NCBI GenBank assembly: GCA_009914755.4
Contig: CP068257.2
Location: forward strand, 13,664,001 to 13,728,000
From: the human T2T-CHM13v2.0 reference genome, Homo sapiens
Reading direction: 5' to 3'
Length of the DNA stretch: 64,000 nucleotides
Shown here: piece by piece, positions 1 to 12,350 of the stretch
Numbering within the stretch: the first letter of the stretch is position 1
How the letters are laid out: every line of letters starts with the position of its first letter
Program-made: the position numbers and the translations under genes
Notes under the pieces: generated by a model
Told to the model about the DNA's origin: nothing
The model's database searches: none
Seen by the model: the letters and a program-made list of their open reading frames with translations, nothing else

Positions 1-1374
1 TTCTTTGGACAGATGAATCTGGCAGCAGTATGCTGGCTGCTTTTCCAGGGAAAGAATGAAGGCAGAGAGGCAACTTAGTGGAGCTAGGGAAGTTGGGGAG
101 AAAATTGTTTGGATAGGAGATGAGACAGTGATGTCTAAAAATGATACATTTTAGTAACGTTGAATACCAAAGCAGTCGGTTGAAGGAGAAATATCCATTT
201 GAAAATTGTTTGAGGGAGAATTTAGATGTAGAGATTATTCTAACAGTAAAGTTTGACTAAATTTCTAATGCTTTCTTAGAAGGCTTAAAATTAAGCCATT
301 GAAGGTAATGGCCATTCAGATAACAGCTCTGAGAGGATAAAGTATGAGGGACACAAAGTGGAGAGACCACTGAAGATTGAATGTTGGAGAACGCTATCTC
401 CTTTTGGGGAAGAGGAATCATAGAAGGAAATTAAGAAGCTGTTAGAGAAGCAGGACAACCCGAAGAGTGTAGCCTTGTTGAAGTCAAGAGAGAGTGAAGT
501 TGATCAACCCAGTTGATACAAATGTCCACCTCTCAGTGACCAAGGTAGCACATTTGTTTAGTCATGATTTTCCACGACATATTTCACACATCACTAGGAA
601 ATGCTTCCTGTAACTGAATATTCTCCTTCTCTGCCAACAAGTATCAACATACTCCGTGAACTGTTGCAGAGTGATTTATAATGTGAATAAGACCTCGGAA
701 ACTTGTCAAGACATTCAAAACCATATCCACAATGGCATGAAAAACTCTAGAGCCACGTTTTCTTCTCTTTCCTTTGTGGTTAATTCCAGAAATTAGCTAT
801 TAGTCACAGAGAACACAATAAAACATGATCAGATCTTCTTAATCCCTAAATCCAAAATGACTAAAAATTTGCTGAGGCAACTTTCTTTTGGTCTGTGCCC
901 AGGTGTAGAAGTTGCTCTTGCTAAGAGGGTAAGAAATCCATTCAGCACACACAAAGAGATTGCTTTTGGCACACTAGATTGGTGCACTTGTGCACACTAG
1001 CACAGAGGGAAAAGGTAGGAAAAGAAAGTAGATTTGGATTCTGCTGCATGGGAAACTACCATATGATTACTGGGTTCGAGCCCATTCATTGGGCCCAAAT
1101 TAGCAACCACTTGTAATCAACCATCAGCCTTTAGAGTGTAATGTACAATACTAGCCATGGGGCAATTGCTTCTTGGAATAATGTATTCATCTCTTGAGTT
1201 AAAGGTAAGAAGGAAAAAATTGCTGAGGTTAAATTATTGCCACCTTGCCTTGGTGACTTAGAATACTAGATGAGGGTTGTTACTGGGCATCCCTCCTGCT
1301 AACATTGCTGAATCCAGATGAGAACTTGGGAGACTTGTTACATAATTGAAGCTGGCAGTGCAGTGATGCTGGGA

Positions 1375-1495
1375 GGATCTTGGGCCTGGTCCAGTCCTCC
1401 TTCTGCCTCTGGCTTAGCTGTGCGATCCTGAGCAAGTCACTGAACCTATTTTGTCTTTGGCTTTCTTCGAAAACGAAGAGATAATATCCCCTTTG
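1375..1495 (+). repeat. MIR SINE fragment (core plus 3' part)
   Basis: Segment '...ggcttagctgtgcgatcctgagcaagtcactgaacctattttgtctttggctttct...ataatatcccc' parallels MIR consensus '...tagctgtgtgaccttgggcaagtcacttaacctctctgagcctcagtttcctcatctgtaaaatggggataataataccc'. Confidence 0.4.
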
Positions 1496-2488
1496 TCTAT
1501 TCTAAAATAAAACATAGGAAAGTTCTTTTAAAAAGTAGAAAGAACTGTGGGGATGGACAGTTTTAAAAAGAGTTCCTGAATTTAGGAAATACATATTACT
1601 TTCTTCTAGGTTTATTTCAGATTGGTAATTAAGAATATTTTAAAAAATTTTTGTAAGACCTCTTCAAGCAGAAATTTGCCATTTCTGGAAAATGAAAGTG
1701 CTTCCAAACTTGGAATCACATTTTTAGACACTGCAAGCTGGTTTTGCACCAAATTCCCTTAGCTTTCTACAGGGCCTTTCATACTCTTCATTTTTTTGTT
1801 GTCTTTTCTCCTTCTTTTTGCATTTTTTCCTCTCTCTTTATCTGCTGTAGAATAGTTTCTATTTTCAAACGGAAGAGCTTCTTTGTTTTTGTCAAATGAT
1901 ATAAAAAATAATCTTTGGGATAAATTCTGAAAAGAGAGGTCACTGTAATTTTATGAAAGGCAGGTCCAACAGAGACCAGTTGGGGTCCAGTGAATATCAT
2001 ACTGGAATTGCCTGAGATTTAGTTTGGGGTCTGAGAATAGGTAGAAGAGGAATAGCAATATCCAATGAGAAAGGATTTTTTTCATTAGGTGATAGTTACT
2101 CATAATGCTGCTAAGAGATGCTGGAAATGTTAGCTTGGAATTTAGTAAATAAAAGATATTATGAAAACTTCAAAAAATGTGTATAAACCTGCTAACTACA
2201 GAAGGCTCATCAGAACAGAAATTTGAGAACTTTGAAAAAAAGTATAGTTATTCCTAAGTAGTAGGAGCTACATTCATGCAGAAAAATATTGGTCAGAGAG
2301 AATTAAAATTCTGTAATGTATTGAATACTAAGCAAAAGCGAACTTGAGTATAAAATGATCCCCCATTTTCCCAAGAGAGGATTCTAAAAGGAGATTTTTT
2401 TATGTGTGTTTGTTTTGTTTTGTTGGCTAACTTGAATATACATAATTTTAGAGATGTGGCTTAAAGATCTTTTTATGAAATTTAATTA

Positions 2489-2842
2489 CAGGCAGTCTGA
2501 CTTATGATGATTCCACCTATGACATTCTGACTTCATGATGATGTGAAAGCTATAGGCATTCAAAAGAAATTTTACTTCAAATTTTGAAATTTCATCCGCC
2601 TCTACCTTGGCAAAGTACTGTGTACAAGAGAGATTCAACTGTTTATAATAAAATAGGCTTTGTGTCAGATGATTTCGCCCAATTGTAGGCTAATATAAGT
2701 GTTCTGAGCACATTTAATATAGGTTAGGCAAAGCTATGATGTTGAGTGGGTTAGGTGTGTTAAATTCATTTTTGACTTAATACTTTCAACTTACAATGGG
2801 TTTATCAGGATATAGCTCCATCATAGGGCAAGGAACATCTGT
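2489..2842 (+). mobile_element. Internally deleted Tigger-family (TcMar) DNA transposon / MITE with both termini
   Basis: Starts 'caggcagtctgacttatgatg...' and ends '...gggtttatcaggatatagctccatcatagggcaaggaacatctgt'. This matches the Tigger1-type termini 'caggcagtccccgacttacgatgg...' and '...gggtttatcgggacgtaaccccatcgtaagtcgaggagcatctgta'. The interior 'tataataaaataggctttgtgtcagatgatttcgcccaattgtaggctaatataagtgttctgagcac' also matches. Confidence 0.6.
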
Positions 2843-3526
2843 TTTGGCTGCACACAATTTAAAAATCACATATTATTTTAAATGATACATTAATGAACAT
2901 TTGTTGCTATTTTTTTGCTTCCATTCTGGGAAGCAACTATATGAAACCTCATCACTTGCATAAATACTTTATAATGCCTGCATATAATAAAAGGTATTTT
3001 TTTAAGTATCCTTTAGACCTCAGCATCTTTGCTGTAACTGGAAGACTTTTTGAGTCTTCTAAACCAAAGAGCTTATGACCTTACCTTCCATATAAGTTGT
3101 TGGAGATACAGCTTTTTTACAATTTGCTGGAAAGGTGATCACTTTGAGTTTCACCCCAAGCCACAAATATTCACTGGGTAGTTATTATTTGGACAACTTA
3201 GTCATCACTACTTTACTTTTTAAAGTGATACATAAAAGGTATGTTTATATCCAAAACTTGTGATTATCATGGCATATTCCAGGAATAATTATTAAGTATA
3301 AATAAGTTTATTTACTTGCCTCTTTTAAAAAATTTAATCACATAAGTGTTTGAGGTTAATGGATCTTTCCCAAATATAAATTTATTGTTAAAATTCTAGG
3401 GTACTACTTAACATCAAAATTCTTTCAGATGACTTTCTTATTTCTAAGCCATAATTTAAAAAAATTAATCTTATATTTAAACATATATGGTATTTGTGTT
3501 TTCTTAATTTTTGGGCCTATGGAAAG

Positions 3527-3891
3527 TGATATGGTTTGGCTCTGTGTCCTCATCCAAATCTCATCTCGAGTTGTAATCCCCACGTATTAAGGGAAGAACC
3601 TGGTAAGAGGTGATTGGATCATGAGGGCAGTACCTCCCTGCTGTTCTCACGATAGTGAGGGACTGCTCATGAGATATTATGGTTTTAAAAGTGTCAGTTT
3701 CCCCTCCACGCTCTCTCTCTCCTGCTGCCTTGTAAAGAGGGTGCTTGCTTCTCCTTCACCTTCCACAATGATTGTAACTTTCCTGAGGCCTCCCCAGCCA
3801 TGTGGAACTGTGAGTCAATTAAACCTCTTTTATTTATGAATTACCCAGTCTCAGGTAGTATCTTTATAGCAATGTGAATGGCCTAATACAG
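3527..3891 (+). mobile_element. MaLR solo LTR, THE1/MST family
   Basis: 'tgatatggtttggctctgtgtcctcatccaaatctcatctcgagttgtaatccccacgtattaag...ggcctccccagccatgtggaactgtgagtcaattaaacctcttttatttatgaattacccagtctcaggtagtatctttatagc...cctaatacag' follows the THE1 LTR consensus from its first base (TGATATGG...) to its last (...ACAG). Confidence 0.7.
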
Positions 3892-4984
3892 ATAGTAACA
3901 TAATAAGGATAACATTTTTGAAATACCTTCTGAAGTAATATTCTCCTCCTGGTAGCCACATTTATGCCCTGTGGCCCTTCAGCTATACTGCAATAGAGAA
4001 GGGAAGGATGAATACCCAGAAATGAAGAAGAATGAGCATGGAGAAACTCCTACCAGCTGGGAGAGGCAGTGGAAAGATCCCCTGGCTCCAGAAGATAAAG
4101 GGGAGGGTGAGAGCCAGAGAAAGGTAACTGCAGGAGTAAGACATGTGGGCTTTCTTGCTTCCTCCCTTTGGTTCAAATCCAAAGACCTGAGGGCATAGAA
4201 ATACTCATATAGGCTTTGGGGAATCCTAGACATGTCGTGGAAAAAATGGCAATTCTCTTAGAGAAGCTGTCTTTTGAGGGCTACTTTCAACAAGACACCA
4301 AGCAGTAGGTTAGAAAAAGCCAAGAAAGATGACCTTCAAAAAAGCTTCCCTGAGCTCTGTGCACTTCAGGTGAGAGTGAGATAAAGCAACTGAGAATTCC
4401 ACATGGAAGTAAGGAAGAGCTGAGTGAATCAGAGAACCTGGAGTCAGGACAAGAATACTGTGGCATATAGTGACCTTCACATAGTTCAACAGCAAGTGCC
4501 AGTATCATGCCCCAAGATCTAATGAACACAGCCATCTAGTCTCATTGTTGCCAGCTGCCCAGGGAAAAGAATACACAACACATGGCAACCATCTGAAGCA
4601 AAAACACTTGGGGAAGAGGACATATACCTACAGTCCCACCCCTCCCCTATAAACCTTAGGAATCCCCGTTCACTTAGATGCCAGCTTGGCAAGGAAGGGA
4701 AGTACACATCTGTTGACAGTAATGAAATATCCTTGATAAGGATTTAAATTTTGGATGTGCTGAATATTTCTTTACCCAACAAAAACACTTTTAATTTCTT
4801 TATTGAAAACAATAACAGAAAAAAGTTACTCATTATTGGCAAGTTTTAATATTTTCCCCCTATCTGTGGGAATGGGATCTTCTGATCAGCATGTCATTTT
4901 TTTAGAAATAGAAAAAGCATGTTTGTATTTTACATATCCAACTTACAGGATTTTAAAACTTCATCACAATTTATGTAATGAAGT

Positions 4985-5360
4985 ATTAGTCAGGATAGTT
5001 TGGTTATGTTGCAGTAACAAATGCCCCCAAACCTTGTTCCCTTAAAACAACAAAAGTTAATTAATTTCTCACTCATGCTATGTGCATGAGAGTTGAGGGG
5101 CTACAATTCATCATAGTGACTTAGACAGAGATCTTGGTTGATGGAGTCTCACAAAGTTGCTGATAAATAACCATGACAGGAGAAAAAGAGAACATAGCAA
5201 GACTCACACTGGCTCTTAAACTTTTGCTTTGATGTGAGATGTATTCTTTCTGCTCAAATGTTACTTGCTAAAGCAAGTCACATGGTCATATCTAATATCA
5301 ACCGGGTGTAGAAGTACAATATTGCCATAAGCCCATGAGTAGGAACAGAAATCACTGGTG
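4985..5360 (+). repeat. Ancient LTR-like interspersed repeat, family unassigned
   Basis: 'gtattagtcaggatagtttggttatgttgcagtaacaaatgcccccaaa...cttaaaacaacaaaagttaattaatttctcactcatgctatgtgcatgag...' has the 'TATTAGTCAGG...GCAGTAACAAA...TTAAAACAACAAAGGTTTATTTCTCACTCATGCTACATG' layout of a known mammalian LTR family that I cannot name with certainty. Confidence 0.25.
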
Positions 5361-5740
5361 AACAGTGCTAATGGCTACCATCACTTGTAAACCCTTTGTC
5401 ACTTTATGGATTATTGTTTCAATGTGAAAATTTTATGACATAACTAGATATGAGAAATAGAAAAGATATCAGCGACTTCGATTTCAATGTAATTAATGTG
5501 TTGTTTATAATTTGTGCCTTTGTGTTCTTACATGCCTTAATACAGTGGCATCTATAGTAATCAGCGTTCAGTTGAATCGAGAGTGTTCATTCTATATCAA
5601 GAGCTGACAAACTTTTTGTGTAAAAGGTCAGATAATAAATATTTTAGGCTTTGTGGGCATATAGTCTCTGTTGTAGCTTGTCAATTCTGTTGTTTTAGTG
5701 CGAAAGCATGGATAGCTAATGTGCAAATGTATCAAAGTGA

Positions 5741-6129
<389 letters not shown>

Positions 6130-6165
6130 CTTTTCATTCTTTTCTAATCAGTTAAAAATGTAGTT

Positions 6166-6498
<333 letters not shown>

Positions 6499-7482
6499 CT
6501 AGCTTTGGCCTATGGGCCATAGTTTTAGATTATTTAAATAACAAGAAATTTTAAGTATTCAAAACCAACAAATTTATTGGAAGAAATGGAAGAACAGTTC
6601 TATTCTTAATACTCAGGAACAAATAGTAGCTCCCAGAAACACTCTGCCTTTGCCTTCAGCAGGTAAACAACCACCACAGATGCAGGAATCTGACAGATTA
6701 TGAATCTGCTGCTAATACTGCTGACTTCAGTCCCAGGCTACTCTGCCATGATCCAGAAATATGCCAAGTCTGCTCCAGGAAGCTGCTGAATCAGGAATCC
6801 ACCTACCACATTGGGCAGTCACTGCTAGCTGCCACCTCGGCCTTGATCCTCGCCAGCAAAATATATGCCTCAAACTTGGCTTTTTTCGTCTGTTTGATTC
6901 AGATTCTAAACATTCTTGCAGGAGTATGAAGGAACGTAAATCATGTTCTAGCCTCCAATGTGTCTGAGAAATGTAGTTTAACTTTCCAGCTGCTTCATGT
7001 TACCGGTAGGTTAGAATGGATGTTGTATAAAGCAATTTAGGGTATTGGACACAGCATAATAACGAAAAGACAGGTTCCATTAAGACAAATTCTTTGGTGT
7101 TTCCAAACCTTCCGTGAGCTATCAGGAAGAGAAAGTCCTCGTATAAGTGCCACAAAATGATATACAAATAAAAATAATTGTATGCATGCTTCCTTTCCAT
7201 CCATGCCACTACCCCAAAACAATTTTTTATTTTAACCCTCTGCCCTGTGAGCTTCCTACAGTGGCATAAAGATTTGCATAATCATGTTTATAACAGCACT
7301 GTTAGAAATAGCAACAAAAAGTGCTTGAGAAAGGGTAAAAATGTTAGTATATCCTGCTATGTAGCAATTAAAAGATATGGATGTAGATACTGACATGGAA
7401 AGAGATCTAAGACACATTTTAAACACAAGTTAAAGAGTAGCTTATGAAGTCTGATCTCACTTTTTAAAAGAAAGGTAATTTT

Positions 7483-7847
<365 letters not shown>

Positions 7848-8154
7848 CTATTTTATAGATGCATACAAAATACAAAGTTCTCTATAATCCTAATCTCCCA
7901 CAATAACTGCAGTTAATATTTTTCTGTATGTATGCATACTTTTTTCTGTAGATATAAAATCTTTAGGTCACACTTTTAAATGAATTTAGCTTTGTTTAAA
8001 AGTCACATTTTTATTTTTAGGAATAAGATCTTGTTATATCAGTGCCGTAGTACTCAAGGGTGTGTCGCACTCTGAATTTGTTTATTTTTCCTCTGAAAAA
8101 ATCACTGGGGGCCACTGATTTCTTCACAGGTATGGTTTCTTTTCTTTCCTTTCG

Positions 8155-8484
8155 TTTTTTTTTTTTTTTTTTTAATTATACTTTAAGTTCTAGGCTACAT
8201 GTGCACAACGTATAGGTTTGTTACATAGGTATACATGTGCCATGGTGGTTTGCTGCACCCATTAACTCATCATTTACATTATGTATTACTCCTAATGCTG
8301 TCCCTCCCCCAGGCCCCCAGCCCCCGACAGGCCCTGGTGTGTGATGTTCCCTGCCCTGTTTCCATGTGTTCTCATTGTTCAATTCCCACCTATGAGGGAG
8401 AACATGCAGTGTTTGGTTTTCTGTCCTTGTGATGGTTTGCTGAGAATGATGGTTTCCAGCTTTATCCATGTCCCTGCAAAGGAC
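8155..8484 (-). mobile_element. L1 3'-end fragment (about 330 bp, heavily 5'-truncated), minus orientation, with TSD
   Basis: Poly-T 8155-8173 followed by 'aattatactttaagttctaggctacatgtgcacaacgtataggtttgttacataggtatacatgtgccatggtggtttgctgcaccc...gagggagaacatgcagtgtttggttttctgtccttgtgatggtttgctgagaatgatggtttccagctttatccatgtccctgcaaaggaca'. This is the reverse complement of the L1 3' end. The 15-bp direct repeat 'acaggtatggtttct' is at 8126-8140 and 8485-8499. Confidence 0.8.
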
Positions 8485-8506
8485 ACAGGTATGGTTTCTA
8501 TATATG

Positions 8507-8852
8507 ATATGGTTTGGCTCTGTGTCCCCACCCAAATCTCATCTTGTAGCTCCCATAATTCCCATGTGTTATGGGAGGGACCCATAGGAGATGATTGAAT
8601 CATGGTGGCAGGTCTTTCCCATGCTGTTCTCGTGATAGTGAACAGGTTTCACGAGATCTGATGGTTTTTAAGTTTCTCTACACAAGCTCTCACTTTGCCT
8701 GCTGCCATCCATGTAAGATGTGACTTGCTCCTCCTTTGCCTCCTGCCATAATTGTGAGGCCTCCCTAGCCATGTGGAACTGTAAATCCAATAAGCCTCTT
8801 TCTTTTGTCAATTGCCCAATCTCGGGTATGTCTTTATCAGCAGCATGAAAAC
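8507..8852 (+). mobile_element. MaLR solo LTR, THE1/MST family
   Basis: 'tgatatggtttggctctgtgtccccacccaaatctcatcttgtagctcccataattcccatgtgttatgggagggacccataggagatgattgaatcatggtggcaggtctttcccatgctgttctcgtgatagtgaa...ccatgtggaactgtaaatccaataagcctctttcttttgtcaattgcccaatctcgggtatgtctttatcagcagcatgaaaacgaactaataca'. Confidence 0.75.
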
Positions 8853-9559
8853 GAACTAATACAACATGCTAACATATACAACTAATTTGTTTAATAAATA
8901 TGGGTTCAGTTTTATACATCTTTAACTAGCATCTCATTTCAAAGTCTGTTGTTTTTCCATAAGTGCTATTTGCAGTGCAAATATGTCATTTAGTCAACCC
9001 AGGACAGGCAAGGTACTTGCAAGCATTAAACAAAAAACTGATATCATATCTCTGAGACATATTACATTGCATCATGCTCTCTTTCTGGAACATTTTTCTA
9101 AAATCACAAATTTTTAGGCATCTAGACCAAATACTTCATTTTTATATTGCTATACAAAGAGAATATAGGAGCTATTTCATCATATTTAATATTTTAATAA
9201 GAGCATCTCCAACATGGTTTCACACCATGCATGCATATAGGTCCACCATTGTTCTCCATGAAATATGCTATAAAACTTAAAATAAATTTATCAGTTATGC
9301 TACTACAACACATTCATTTTCTACTTGAGCAAAATATACATAGATGAATAAGCTGTTTCTAGAACTGACTGCGAAAACAAAAGATTCAATAGCAATGAAG
9401 TCTAGAGGTAATAAGGCATGTATAGTAATTAGTTGTAGTTAGACCTCACTGATTCTGAATAAGTAGAAGAAAAAAGAAATGGAAAATGGAAAAAGGGTAA
9501 CCCAGAGAATGAATTAAAGCATGGTTTTCAAACCACGGTCTTGGGACTCCTTTATACAA

Positions 9560-9740
9560 TTACAAATTATTGAGAACTCCCAAGTAGGCTTGCTAGATAA
9601 AATATTGGATGACTAGGTAAATTTGAATTTCAAATAAACAGTGAATTAAAAACACAAGTATGTCCCAAGTATTACATGGGACTCATGTATACTAATAAGT
9701 ATTCATATTTATTTGAAATGTAAGTTTATTCTGTGTCTTG
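9560..9740. repeat. Possible short hAT-like MITE, very tentative
   Basis: '...aaatttgaatttcaaataaacagtgaattaaaaacacaagtatgtcccaagtattacatgggactcatgtatactaataagtattcatatttatttgaaat' contains an internal palindrome (gtccca...tgggac). This is MER53-like grammar. I cannot confirm the family. Confidence 0.2.
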
Positions 9741-10079
9741 TATTTTTATTTGGTAAATCTGACAAATCTTATTTCATTTTTTATGCTAGATATATCTGTT
9801 AGTATTTTACATATTATAAATTAAAACAAAAAAAAATTTGTATTCATTGAGTTAAGATAACAATAGACCTATTACATAAGTAACAACTTCATGAAAAATA
9901 TTCATTTTTCCTAAAACAACAAACAAATTGGCATTGTACATTTTTGCCAATCTCTTTAATGTCTAGCTTAATAACAGACAGGTAGATTCTCCTACCTGCG
10001 TTTGCCCTGCGAGTACTGCATTATGTTGCTTTGGTAAAAGTACATGAAAAAAATATGGCCTCACAGATAAATACTTTAG

Positions 10080-10499
<420 letters not shown>

Positions 10500-10541
10500 A
10501 ATAACTAATAGTTCCTTAAAGGTTAGTTGCAATAAAACGTA

Positions 10542-10744
10542 TGAAATCATGGCAGTGAATTTTTCATACTTGGTCATACTAAAATCTGTTTGTCTGTCTT
10601 ATGCTTTGAATGATCTTTTATTCCTGCCTTATTTTTAAAACATCTGAAATCATGGCAGTGAGTTTTTCATACTTGCTAGTACTAAAATCTCTCTGTCTTA
10701 TGCTTTCAATGGATCTTTTATTCCTGCCTTAATTTTATAACATC
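10542..10744. repeat. Local tandem duplication, 2 units of about 100 bp
   Basis: Unit 1 (10542-10633) is 'tgaaatcatggcagtgaatttttcatacttggtcatactaaaatctgtttgtctgtcttatgctttgaatgatcttttattcctgccttatttttaaaacatc'. It is repeated at 10635-10744 as 'tgaaatcatggcagtgagtttttcatacttgctagtactaaaatctctctgtcttatgctttcaatggatcttttattcctgccttaattttataacatc', at roughly 90% identity. Confidence 0.85.
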
Positions 10745-11327
10745 ATGGACATTGGCCATTTGAAAAACAACTGGTTTATTGATTTATGTAGTTCTTTCAA
10801 TGATCTTTACACAGTATTGAAAAAATCACATTTGTTAATATCACCACTAATTTCATAAGAGGAGTCTGTTTAAGTATTAAGAAGATGTCAAGCTCGAGGA
10901 GGTGGATAGAAGTTTCCCAAAATACTAATTTCTGCTTGAAAGTTAAAATTTTATCATTGGCAATAAATCCTAACAATTGTTTTGCTTGAAGTAAATAACC
11001 GGCTCATTTTGATTATTTTTAAATAACATTTCTGCTAAATATGCAAGTCTCAATAACCATAGACATTTTCACAAGTAGAGATGGTGTTCCATAGCAAAAA
11101 AAAGTGGCTCATTCAGCTTGTAACACAAATGACATTTTCCTCATGAGAACTGTCATACACTGGCAAACATACTTTACATGTATTTCCCATGTAAGTACAT
11201 TTTCATCACACAAAATTTTTAAAGTGTATTCACAGGTAAAGGTTTAATGAAAATAATGCTTAATTAAAGAGATTCTTATGTGAAGTCAGCTTTTTAATTT
11301 TCTTTTCCCTATGAGGCTGCGGCAGTG

Positions 11328-11394
11328 AAGACTACAATGACTGCTGTTACAGTCCGGTGCCGCTACCTCCATTCATACGAAGGTAACAGCGTGA
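11328..11394 (+). other. Weak candidate 67-nt exon, CpG-retaining, with canonical AG/GT flanks
   Basis: Upstream pyrimidine tract plus AG, 'ttaattttcttttccctatgag|GCTGCGGCAG...'. Downstream 'CATACGAAG|gtaacagcg' resembles a 5' splice site. Five CpGs in 67 nt inside an AT-rich, CpG-poor neighbourhood. Two of three frames are open, one containing ATG (MTAVTVRCRYLHSYE). This cannot be validated from sequence alone. Confidence 0.15.
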
Positions 11395-12149
11395 TTGCTT
11401 TTCCACCGTCAGTTCCAATGTCAACACAGTAGAAAGACAAATGGCTTCATAATATTATTATGAAAACAGTGTTTAGTTTGTGGATCCTTGGGAAAGTCTT
11501 GGAAATCCCTCCAAGTCTGCAACTCCAGCGTGGAGAACTGCTACTTTAAAAATACAAAACAATTTTGTTGTTTTCAAAAACACTTTAAAGAGCAGGTAGA
11601 TAAAATAAAAAATATCAATATTTCTATGTATGTAATAACTAATGGACTAGATCTAAAAATGTTCTTAAATGTTTATCACCCAGCTGTTTTCTCCTTTTCA
11701 CAAGATTCCCTTATTTAGCACCTCTTTGGGTTGTGGTGTCACCTTCTCATTTGCTCTTCTCTTGCACATCAGTAACTCTGTCCATTGTCATCTATGTACA
11801 AAATGAAATCAACATACATGAGTGCAAGGAGAGCTCACAACTGCTTGGGTAGATCTTGGTTTGTTTAGGGTCTTGGTTTGTTTAAGGTTATACACAATTT
11901 AATGCTATTCGTGCCCCAATGCCATAGTGATACTGCTCTAGCCAACATTCCAGATTCATAAGGCTTATCATTACGATGTTTAAAGCTTAGGATGTAGTCT
12001 CATTGTCCGGATAAGGCTCAAATTCCTTAACAAAGTGTGCAGAGTGCCTCACACCTTGGTCCCAATCCAACCTTTCCTTTATTTTTCTTGTCAACAGTAC
12101 AAGGGCACGCACGCACACACACACAATTCAGCTCCACAACTTGCTATTC

Positions 12150-12350
12150 CCTAAACATACATTATGCTGCAAGTCCTCTGTCCCAAATGTGTTTCCTCCA
12201 AATTCTCATTTACTTGGCAAATTTCTCCCCAAACAGATCTTTCCTCATAACTCATCTTCTCAAGGAAATCTTCCATGAACATCTTACAAAAAATGTCACT
12301 CATTTCAACATTTCATTCTCTTCACCTCTGCTTTATTTTATTCCTTTTAT
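12150..12350 (+). repeat. L2 LINE 3'-end fragment (upstream part, split by later insertions)
   Basis: 'ctccaaattctcatttacttggcaaatttctccccaaacagatctttcctcataactcatcttctcaaggaaatcttccatgaacatc...cacctctgctttattttattcc' parallels L2 3'-end consensus '...ctcaaatgtcacctcctcagagaggccttccctgaccaccc...accctgctttatttttcttca'. Confidence 0.45.

Noticed and set aside
1-1290. Possible ancient L2/MER-like repeat in the first 1.3 kb ('...gaagctgttagagaagcaggacaacccgaagagtgtagccttgttgaagtcaagagagagtgaagttgatcaacc...gtccacctctcagtgaccaaggtag')
   Set aside because: It reminds me of a common mammalian repeat consensus ('gaagctgttagagaagcaggag...gtcaagtaagatgaggactgagaaatgtccattggatttagcaacatggaggtcattggtgacc'). 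I cannot align it confidently by eye or name the family, so it is not listed as a feature.
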